A stretch of DNA of 64,000 bases, from positions 46,446 through 110,445 of the IMG/VR virus record IMGVR_UViG_3300028833_000055. The stretch is one strand, 5' to 3'. Every line of letters begins with the position of its first letter. The first letter of the stretch is position 1. A program made the translations under genes and the position numbers. Origin of the DNA: a virus (Duplodnaviria > Heunggongvirae > Uroviricota > Caudoviricetes). Shown here piece after piece: positions 19,716 to 28,500 of this stretch. The notes beneath the pieces were generated by a model. The model was not told the DNA's origin. It saw nothing but the letters and a program-made list of their open reading frames with translations, and made no database searches.

Positions 19716-20172
19716 AACATTTTATCATTTCCTTGAAAAAACTGCTCATAACATCCACGACAATCGAATTTCCAGCGAGTTTCAACATCTGTGCATCCGA
19801 CAGACCCGTTTCCTTTATCCGGTCGGCTTCATCCCTTTCAAGCCCCATAAGGAGAAGACCTTCATAACCACTTAACTCCCTGACCTTGTATTCACCCTCG
19901 TCCGTTATCAGAATTTTAGGTGCCATACATAATGTGAGTGTAGTACAACACCCCTTGGCAGAATACACCCTTCCGTCCTGAGGATTTCGAAAATTCTTCC
20001 TGTTGATTCTCAAATTTCCGAGTTGAATAAGATGTGGGGTTTTGTCGATTTCAACATCATCAGTCTTTTCACCAAAAAGATTTTCATCCGCCATTATTTC
20101 CTCGTCTAACTGTTTGACGAGAGTGTTGACGTGTTTACTTTGTTTTCCCTTCTTTATTTTACTTACATCCAT
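19714..20172 (-). CDS. C5-cytosine methyltransferase, C-terminal part (motifs IX-X)
   Basis: RELSGYEGLLLMG and LKLAGNSIVVDVM. Confidence 0.8.
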   Translation of the reverse strand: MDVSKIKKGKQSKHVNTLVKQLDEEIMADENLFGEKTDDVEIDKTPHLIQLGNLRINRKNFRNPQDGRVYSAKGCCTTLTLCMAPKILITDEGEYKVRELSGYEGLLLMGLERDEADRIKETGLSDAQMLKLAGNSIVVDVMSSFFKEMIKC

Positions 20173-20181
20173 ATCAAATTT

Positions 20182-20376
20182 TTAATTTCCGTTATGAAAA
20201 TAGACACTCATTCTCCAACGCAAGAAACCGAATATGATTTCAGAACCGAAACCCCGTTCAAGATTCTTTTTACGGAAAGATATACACGGAAGAATAAGAT
20301 AGTCTGCGTTTTTGAAAAAAATCAAATGAAAAGGCATCCGTTTCGGACAACCTTTTGTTAAAAATACTTCCTTCAT
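20182..20376 (-). CDS. small hypothetical protein
   Basis: 64-aa ORF filling the gap between the two methyltransferase halves. Confidence 0.5.
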   Translation of the reverse strand: MKEVFLTKGCPKRMPFHLIFFKNADYLILPCISFRKKNLERGFGSEIIFGFLRWRMSVYFHNGN

Positions 20377-20385
20377 AATAATCTG

Positions 20386-21105
20386 TTATTTTTGTTCCAC
20401 TGCGAATTTAAGAAAATGTTTGTTGTAATGAATATAATTGTCAACGATTTCCTTATTGACACACAATTTATTGTACAAGTCTTCACCAAGTTCCTCCTTT
20501 GTAAGCATATAGTCCTCCATCGAAGTCTTTACGCCGGTCGGTTTCGGGAACTCGAACTCGTTCTCCGGATTCATAATGGAAACCATATAAACCCTCCTTC
20601 TGTCTTGTGGAATACCATATTCAAGACCACATAGAACTTTCCAGTAAGATGTATATCCTATCGAATCAAGGAAATTTACCCACTTCATAAAAGTTGGTAT
20701 AAAGTTCCTTGAAACCAACATCTTCACATTCTCCAACATCAGATATTTCGGTTTCTTGATTTCAATCGCTTTCTTGCATTCCCACAAGAGAGAGGATTGT
20801 GTTCCCGAACCTTCCTCACCGCCCAACATCCTGCCGGCAATACTGAACGAAGTGCAAGGCGAACTGTAAGTAAAGAAATCAAAATCAGGTACTTGTGTCC
20901 AGTCAATCTTGCAGATGTCTCCGTAGTTTCTGTCCTTGTATTCGGGAAACAAGGCATCGTGTGCTATAATGGCTCTCTTTTCTATCTCACTCCATCCGAC
21001 CAAATCAAATGGTATCCCCGCCTTCCGTAAAGCGAGACACTGACTGTCGTAACCGGAAAATGTAGTAAACACCCTCAAAGGGTTTTCTTCAGTGTATTTC
21101 ATCAT
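20386..21105 (-). CDS. C5-cytosine methyltransferase, N-terminal catalytic part (motifs I-VIII)
   Basis: FSGYDS, GDI, SSPCTSFS, ENV, PQDRRRVY. Confidence 0.88.
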   Translation of the reverse strand: MMKYTEENPLRVFTTFSGYDSQCLALRKAGIPFDLVGWSEIEKRAIIAHDALFPEYKDRNYGDICKIDWTQVPDFDFFTYSSPCTSFSIAGRMLGGEEGSGTQSSLLWECKKAIEIKKPKYLMLENVKMLVSRNFIPTFMKWVNFLDSIGYTSYWKVLCGLEYGIPQDRRRVYMVSIMNPENEFEFPKPTGVKTSMEDYMLTKEELGEDLYNKLCVNKEIVDNYIHYNKHFLKFAVEQK

Positions 21106-21148
21106 ATAATTACAATCTTATACACTAAATATAACAAAATAAGAAGTT

Positions 21149-21412
21149 CTACTCCTCTATTTTTTCACCGAATTTAATTATGTATGCATCCATATTGTAA
21201 TTCACAAGTCTCCCTTTTTTTATCCACTCGAACTTATATCTCACCGGTTTTATATTACTCTTGAATCTGTGGTAAAATTCAACTATGTCATATTCCTTGT
21301 CTTCAAGGCGTTTTGTCCAATATGGTTTTATTTCACGATAATCGTGTGTAAGTTGTCCGGAAACAATCAGATTGTACCAGTATTCGTTCACCGGAAGTCT
21401 CAAAATTCTCAT
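21149..21412 (-). CDS. ASCH/PUA-like domain protein
   Basis: LPVNEYWYNLIVSGQLTHDYREIKPYWTKRL pattern; ATG at 21412 preferred. Confidence 0.6.
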   Translation of the reverse strand: MRILRLPVNEYWYNLIVSGQLTHDYREIKPYWTKRLEDKEYDIVEFYHRFKSNIKPVRYKFEWIKKGRLVNYNMDAYIIKFGEKIEE

Positions 21413-21432
21413 ATTCAATTTGTATTATATGA

Positions 21433-21449
21433 TATTTATGACATAAATA
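21433..21449. promoter_or_regulatory. back-to-back late-type promoters (TATTTATG-A-CATAAATA)
   Basis: Perfect 8-bp inverted repeat between divergent genes. Confidence 0.65.
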
Positions 21450-21468
21450 AGATATAGTAATACACTTT

Positions 21469-22179
21469 ATGGGAATATTAAAGAATTTAACGGACGAGTA
21501 TTTCAAGAACACCGCCAGGGTCGAAGACGGAAGATACATAGACTTCTACGGTATTAGGATACTAGTACCGGCGGATTATGATACCTATGATTTTTTGAAA
21601 AAGGTCGAGAGCATATATACCGAGTCATTCAAGCACGGTATGGTGAGTTTGCCAGATGATGACACCGACCAGACAAAATTTAAAATCAAACTCAAATCAA
21701 AAAACAAGTATATGCTCATACCGGTTTTCGAAAAATTCAAGGAAATTTCCCAAGAAAATGAAGATGTCGACCAGAAACTGTATGATACATATGTTCTGGT
21801 TATGAGACATTTCCTCAAAGATGTGGAATTGATGAAAAATACGAACTGGCCGTGCATAGTGCTTCAAAACATAGACTTCATATACGACGAACTGTCAGAC
21901 AACGGAGAGATAGACAACGGTTATGAATTAGAAGATATTATGCAAAAAACAATAAATGAATTTTTCAATGAGTTCAAGAAGAAAGCGGACATAATAAAGG
22001 ATGAATTTCATATCACAATAACACACAGTTATAAATGTATCACCTTTATGGACCTGACCAACGAGTCAAGTTATTTTGAGTTCAAGACACTTATATATGC
22101 AAATGAGATGGTTGAGTGGTGGAAAAACAAGACCGATGAAATAAGAAAGAAAGGTGTTCTTAACTATTTTGGATTATAA
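21469..22179 (+). CDS. hypothetical protein with MGILKNLTDEYF leader
   Basis: Shared leader; distant paralog of 22918..23670. Confidence 0.8.
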   Translation: MGILKNLTDEYFKNTARVEDGRYIDFYGIRILVPADYDTYDFLKKVESIYTESFKHGMVSLPDDDTDQTKFKIKLKSKNKYMLIPVFEKFKEISQENEDVDQKLYDTYVLVMRHFLKDVELMKNTNWPCIVLQNIDFIYDELSDNGEIDNGYELEDIMQKTINEFFNEFKKKADIIKDEFHITITHSYKCITFMDLTNESSYFEFKTLIYANEMVEWWKNKTDEIRKKGVLNYFGL

Positions 22180-22193
22180 TTAAATGATGAATT

Positions 22194-22907
22194 ATGGGAG
22201 TTTTAAAGAATTTGACAGACGAGTATTTCGGAAACGGGATAAGAACCGAAGACAATATGATATCTAATCTCATCAGAAGATGTGTGGATGAAAACAGAAG
22301 AGACATATTCGTAAGACTCAACAAAGAATGGGGTGAAGATGGCAAGGAGATTCTGGTTTATCACAAAGACGCCACAATAAGTGAAGCGAAACTTATGAGT
22401 GTCGATGAGGCATTGGGGTTCTTCAAGCACGATAACAATATATTTAGGACTGACTACCGGTGTCTTCACATAGAGAACTTTATGGCCACACCGGACACAT
22501 ACAAGGTAAGTACCTTCCATATGCTTCCGGAAAACATACAAGAATCTTTGACCGAAATGTTCGAGTTATACTGCAAATATCCCGAAACTATCAGTTTCTT
22601 TACACATATTATCTATAACCACAAGGAAGGCATAATAAACAATATTTTTCCTGGAGAACTCTGTAATTATAAAGGAGATGAATATTTTGAAGGTTTTGAT
22701 GAATATGAGAATGGTGATGATGTTGTTGAATTTATAACGACTGACGGAGATTTCTTCTGTTATGATGACGAGAAGTATTCGTCCGAATGGGGAAATATCT
22801 TTAACAAGATATGCGAGGCGTTTGAGAACGAAGGATTCAAAGAGGCTTTGGATATGTGTGACATAACTTCAAGCGAAAAAAGATTTTTCTTCGGAAAGAT
22901 AAAATAA
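22194..22907 (+). CDS. hypothetical protein with MGVLKNLTDEYF leader
   Basis: Shared leader; body unrelated to neighbours. Confidence 0.8.
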   Translation: MGVLKNLTDEYFGNGIRTEDNMISNLIRRCVDENRRDIFVRLNKEWGEDGKEILVYHKDATISEAKLMSVDEALGFFKHDNNIFRTDYRCLHIENFMATPDTYKVSTFHMLPENIQESLTEMFELYCKYPETISFFTHIIYNHKEGIINNIFPGELCNYKGDEYFEGFDEYENGDDVVEFITTDGDFFCYDDEKYSSEWGNIFNKICEAFENEGFKEALDMCDITSSEKRFFFGKIK

Positions 22908-22917
22908 AATACTGAAA

Positions 22918-23670
22918 ATGGGAATATTAAAGAACTTGACAGACGAGTATTTCGGAGAAATCGCAAGAACCGAAGATGGAAAATACATCACTGTACATGG
23001 ATGTAAGGTATTGGTTCCAGTGGACTATGATGAGGAAAAGTTTCTTTCATATGTGGATGAACTGCTTGACACTGAATATTATGACAGTTATCCGGCGGCA
23101 TTGATTGTACCATCGAGTTATATAAGAGAGTATGATGATAAAACAATAGTGAATTGTGACGGAGCATATCTTGTACTGTATAATTTTTCCGACATCGACA
23201 GTGAATATATACCGGAAGGTACGGATGAAAAACTATATGACTCGTTTATAAAATTCATGAAACATATCGCCGATGGTGTTAGTCTTATGATATACAGTTC
23301 CACCGGTCACATCTGTCTTGTGGATGAAAGTACTATGTATAATGACTTTGATATGCTGTTTTATGAAGCAGGTGTCGATGGGGATGAAAGTTATTGGTGT
23401 TTCAATGACCTTGTGGATATGTTCATTGAAGAATTTGGCGGCAAGGTTGACATAGACAAGGACGACCTTGTGTTTATGTCATATAACAACTATGCATCAA
23501 ATATTCTTTTACCGGTAGAAAGTTCGGATGATATCATCAATTTGAAAAGACTTATGTACGCAAAGGAAATGACGGAATGGTGGGAAAGAGAATTTAAAGC
23601 CATAAAGGACGAAGGTGTATCGGATTATTTCGGTATCGACCCGCCTGAAGACGAACCAGAAGACGAATAA
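22918..23670 (+). CDS. hypothetical protein with MGILKNLTDEYF leader
   Basis: Shared leader; C-terminal YAKEMTEWW..GVSDYFG resembles 21469..22179. Confidence 0.8.
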   Translation: MGILKNLTDEYFGEIARTEDGKYITVHGCKVLVPVDYDEEKFLSYVDELLDTEYYDSYPAALIVPSSYIREYDDKTIVNCDGAYLVLYNFSDIDSEYIPEGTDEKLYDSFIKFMKHIADGVSLMIYSSTGHICLVDESTMYNDFDMLFYEAGVDGDESYWCFNDLVDMFIEEFGGKVDIDKDDLVFMSYNNYASNILLPVESSDDIINLKRLMYAKEMTEWWEREFKAIKDEGVSDYFGIDPPEDEPEDE

Positions 23671-23705
23671 TCACATAAATAAATGTAGATAAAATATTTT
23701 GTTAT

Positions 23706-25523
23706 ATGGCAGCTGATAATATTAGAGAGATATTCAGAACCGACACTGTTGGTGAATTTATGGATAAGTGCAACTGGAACTTCGGTATCATTTCAAGACT
23801 CGGCGGACCGAGAGGTCTTCAGGGTGAACAAGGTGAGACCGGAGCGAGGGGAAGACGAGGAGCTATGATGCACGTCATAGACGGAGAGTCTATGTCCGGT
23901 ATGGACTTTGACACGGATTCGGCCAATGAAATCCTTGAAAATCTCGACGAGGATTTGAGAAACGAGATTGAAGACGGTGATGTCGCCGTTTTCAGTAACG
24001 GATGGGTATGTGGTGTCAATGTCGAAAACGACTCCATAACCGTAAACGAACCCTTGTTCTCGATAGTGGGTCCACAAGGTGAAAGGGGAGCCACGGGTGC
24101 AAGTGGTGATACCTTGTTTACAGACACCGAAGATATGGCATCATTGAATGGCCGAAGACAACTGTTGATTGATAACACCATTTATTTACCATCAAATAAT
24201 TCCAATAGTGGTGGTATTGTATTTTCCGAACTTGAAGAAGAAGGCGGTGTTTATAATGGAATGACTAATACAAAGGCACATATCAACTTTAAAAACGATG
24301 GGTTGAGTATAAATTCAAATAATAACATCAGAATAGGTACAAGTAGTTCAATCAATGAAATCAACTTTAATATTGGGAATGGTAATGATATAATGAAAGT
24401 TAACAATAACGGAGTTAATCTTTATAAGAGTTTGAATTTTAGTGCATCTACGGGTAAAATAACTAAAAGTGGTAATATAATAACTTTATACCAAGATAAG
24501 ACACAATTTAACAAACCTATATGGTCTGATTCCATAATATCACAATATAATCAATTCAGACTTAATAATTCTGTGGTGGGTACTATTGGTGCATATAGTA
24601 ATAACGGTTTACTTATTTATAATCAAGAAAATGCATTTGTTATAGGTCCGCAGGCTAATGCACCTTATAGTTCAATCGTTTTTTCAGAACGAAATGATAA
24701 TACGATGAATGGTTTAATTTTTACTAGTAAAGATTTTTCGGAATTTATTTATGATTGGAGTCTCAATAATAGTAATTCTACAATAATATTTCAAGATAAA
24801 AATCTAAATAACCTTAACATAATAAAACATAATAGTAATAATCCCACCAATATCATAACCATACAAAATAATTTAACAAATTTCTCAACACCTGTCAAGG
24901 GTATAGTCAACGGTGAATCTGTTTTTCTCGGAGTACCGACATACACTATGATGACATATCCGGATACACTTCCTGCACCGCAGGGATGGGCAAGATTTGA
25001 AGATAACTTGATTCTGTTTACCGATGGTACAAGTTATAATACAACAAGTTTTGATATTAATGCATATAATGACAGTGACTCGAATTTTTACATATATTAT
25101 AACGATGGTGAAACTACTGGTTATCAAAGAATAATAGCGGTAAATACATTACCTTCCGACTTTGATGTCCAACCATCAAATAGTCAAAAAATAAGTTATA
25201 ATTCCACACCAAAAAATACTGCCAGTTCAAAGGAATCTATGAGTGAAGTTCTTAATATGTCAAGTAAATTAAATATCACCGAAAATAGTTTCGAAGCCAT
25301 TCTTGCTTTTGCAAACACCAACGATAAAGGAACACCTGGTAGTGGAAATACTCCCTCGACAATTCCCGTATATGAAAATTTACTCAGAAAGATATTCAGA
25401 GACAGACATACTAATACTTACGAATTTGGTATGGGAAAAATAGTTTCCGACAATCAATTTGCATTCTATTTCCCAATGCCCGTTGCCCCGACCGGATTTA
25501 CATATATCTTCAAGACGGCATAA
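23706..25523 (+). CDS. putative tail fibre/receptor-binding protein with short collagen-like segments
   Basis: GPRGLQGEQGETGARGRRG and GPQGERGATGASG; Asn-rich distal part; CATAAATA at 23674-23681. Confidence 0.65.
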   Translation: MAADNIREIFRTDTVGEFMDKCNWNFGIISRLGGPRGLQGEQGETGARGRRGAMMHVIDGESMSGMDFDTDSANEILENLDEDLRNEIEDGDVAVFSNGWVCGVNVENDSITVNEPLFSIVGPQGERGATGASGDTLFTDTEDMASLNGRRQLLIDNTIYLPSNNSNSGGIVFSELEEEGGVYNGMTNTKAHINFKNDGLSINSNNNIRIGTSSSINEINFNIGNGNDIMKVNNNGVNLYKSLNFSASTGKITKSGNIITLYQDKTQFNKPIWSDSIISQYNQFRLNNSVVGTIGAYSNNGLLIYNQENAFVIGPQANAPYSSIVFSERNDNTMNGLIFTSKDFSEFIYDWSLNNSNSTIIFQDKNLNNLNIIKHNSNNPTNIITIQNNLTNFSTPVKGIVNGESVFLGVPTYTMMTYPDTLPAPQGWARFEDNLILFTDGTSYNTTSFDINAYNDSDSNFYIYYNDGETTGYQRIIAVNTLPSDFDVQPSNSQKISYNSTPKNTASSKESMSEVLNMSSKLNITENSFEAILAFANTNDKGTPGSGNTPSTIPVYENLLRKIFRDRHTNTYEFGMGKIVSDNQFAFYFPMPVAPTGFTYIFKTA

Positions 25524-25553
25524 AAAAAGAGGTGAAATTCACCTCTTTTTTTT
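25522..25553. terminator. bidirectional intrinsic terminator
   Basis: A-tract gaggtgaa-a-ttcacctc T-tract between convergent genes. Confidence 0.8.
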
Positions 25554-28500
25554 CTAAATCTTCTTTATCGTGAAACTGAAACCGAAGTCCTCCTTACATC
25601 CTTTCTTCAGATTATATGTTATACATCTGTCGAACTGGTTCTCCGTCATCTTCTTTATCGAGAAAGTATTGACTTTCTTCATATCCTTCGTGACCTTCAC
25701 ACTGTTATCTATAAGTATGAATTTCTTGTAGTTGTTCTCTATACGACTGTCGTGGATACCGACCTTCTTCTCCTTCACCCACATTTCTATCTTGTCGAGG
25801 TAATAGAGTTTCATTATGTTCTTTTCTATGTATGAGGTTATGTCATCCGATATAGTGGTCTTGTCACCGTATGAATATTCCGGATTAACATATTCCTCGA
25901 AGACATACTTCAGACCACTCTCCCTTGCAAAATACCTCACTATTCTGTTATAGAGGAAAAGATAGAAACTTACAGATGTACCGTTGACCTCCTTACACAT
26001 AATGTCGGACAACGATATTTTCGAACTCGTTATGAAGTCATCGTTCCAGTCTATGCATCTGTTGAATGTTTCTATGGTTATCTCCTCCGGTACATTCAGG
26101 TATTTGCTTCCGAACATAGACATCTTGTTGAGGGAACCGGATGTTCCAGCACACCTTTCCGTAGTCTTCTTGTCAACCTGTGTGGTGAAGTACTTGTCGT
26201 CCCAGTTGCTTTCAAAAATATTATAGTCCCTGTAGTCGAGTGCAAACTCACCTATCGCCGGATAGAGCGGGTTCATAAGTTTTATTATCTTGTCCGGATA
26301 ATATTCGTTCACCTTATGGAACCAGAGGTTCTTAATGAGTGCAAACTGTCCGTAGAAATCCTTGTATCCCAAATCGAAGGATGTGTTTGAATATTTGTAT
26401 GTCGGAAAATCGTTATCTTCGAAGACCTCTTTTTCCACGAGTTTATAATATTTTCTGATACAAAAATATGAACTACTATATTGATTCACTTCCGATGGTA
26501 GAAATGGTCCATATGCGGTATTCCCATAGTCAAAATCATCCTCATTTGTCAATTCATAACTATAACTTGTATATGTATCTGATTGAAGTTGATAATATTG
26601 CTCATTGAGATATATGTAGTCCTCATCTTCTGCGGTTACATTTTGAATATCCGCTCTATATGATGGAGAATATCCTTGCGGTATTTCTCCAAGTCCAATG
26701 GATTCATATGAATATTGAAGTCCATAAACACCCGTGACATAATAATATACAACCCCATCGGTGTAGTAATCGGAATCCGAATCACTTTCCGAACTCGGTC
26801 TTTCATATACCCTGACCAATTCCTGTCCATCAAGTTCATCTTCGTTTATTAGTATAAAACCATAATTTGTCTCATAGACAAGTTTATATAACTTATCTAT
26901 ATAAAGTAAATATTCATTTTCATATGAACTATGTGTAAAATAACCATTATGGTCGTTGTCTTCGGTGAGTGGTGTATATATCACAGATGCATTGTTGGGA
27001 AAATCATCGTTTATTTTTTGATATCTATATACCGCTCGATAAAATTGATTAACAATATATACAAACTCATCTGAATCTGAATTGGCGTCATAATAATCAT
27101 CCGAATCACTCGAATCAATTAATGAATCCACTCTTACCGCTTCTGATGTGAACCCACACTGTTCATAATAATATGATATATGTCTTTTGTAAAATTTAGA
27201 ACTGTTAATACAAATATATTCGGGAGGAGGAGGGGTAGTAGTTATACTAGTCCAACTATAATATGAAAGTAAATTATTATCATTCACTCCCAATTCAGCA
27301 TATATACCACTATTCTCACTACTTGAAACTATTGTATATTCTTCACCTTCAATTTCTCCCTTTTCTATTTCAACATACCAATATTTAAGTTTACGTTCAT
27401 AATAACTAGCATATGCTACATATTCATCAGAATTATCTTTTGGATTAGGTTTTTTATCTAAAAATGTAGGTTCTTCACTCGAATCAATATCACTTTCATC
27501 TATCTCTTCATAATCAACCACCACACGCTTATAATATACTCTTTCACAGTATATATAGTCCGGGTCTTCGGGTGTCGGGTCATTTGGAACATTCTCCATA
27601 TATACATAATTGTCATTTTCTTCATTCGTTGGTACATAGTGATATGCCATATCACCACTTTCTTTACACAAATAAAGTTCTCTGGTATATACATATTCAG
27701 CGGGGTCTTCCGAAGATGATGTGGGGTCATCGGGCACAGTTACAACCGGTTCCATTACTTCTGCAATTTCAGTAGTTTCTTCCACCGTTTCATATGAAGA
27801 TATTTTCTTATAAAAATCACTGATAATCGTCACATGGTCGGGACTACCCTCTGCCGCTACAGGCAATGTATAGTACTTATCACTGGTGTGACCTTCCGTA
27901 TCAATTTCATCATACCAATAACTGGTCGTTGATGATTCCACAAGTTTATACAGTTCATCGGTATATATAAACGGACTGTCGTCAATAGAAGGTGATTCCG
28001 GTACAGAATCCCTTTTATCACAAAGCGATTCATTTACATCACTTTTGTCAACCGGAACATATTTATACTCCTTCCTGCTCATATATTCGGAATCGCTGTC
28101 AGAATCTTCTCCCGAGTCATCTTTCATACGATAGTCGTTATACATAAGTACCGGATTGAAAATAGGATTGTAGTACCCCGAGTATCTGTTTATTGTCTTC
28201 AACACTATGTCGTTGGTATTGTTCTTCAAAGTTATTTTCGAACTTGCCGGTACATTCTCGTTACTCTCCTGTACGATATACGGATTACCCATAAAAATAT
28301 CATAGGTGTTGAATGAAATCGGGTCTTCTATCTCAATCTTGTATTTTCCATCGGTTGTGGAATAATAGTGTGTCATAGTCTCGTCTTCGAGTCTCTCCTT
28401 TATGGCACAAGTTGACAACGATTCATATATGCTGTAAAAATCCTTGAATACAAGTGAATCACCGGTTTCATCGGGTTTATCCTTGAATGTCAAGTCCACA

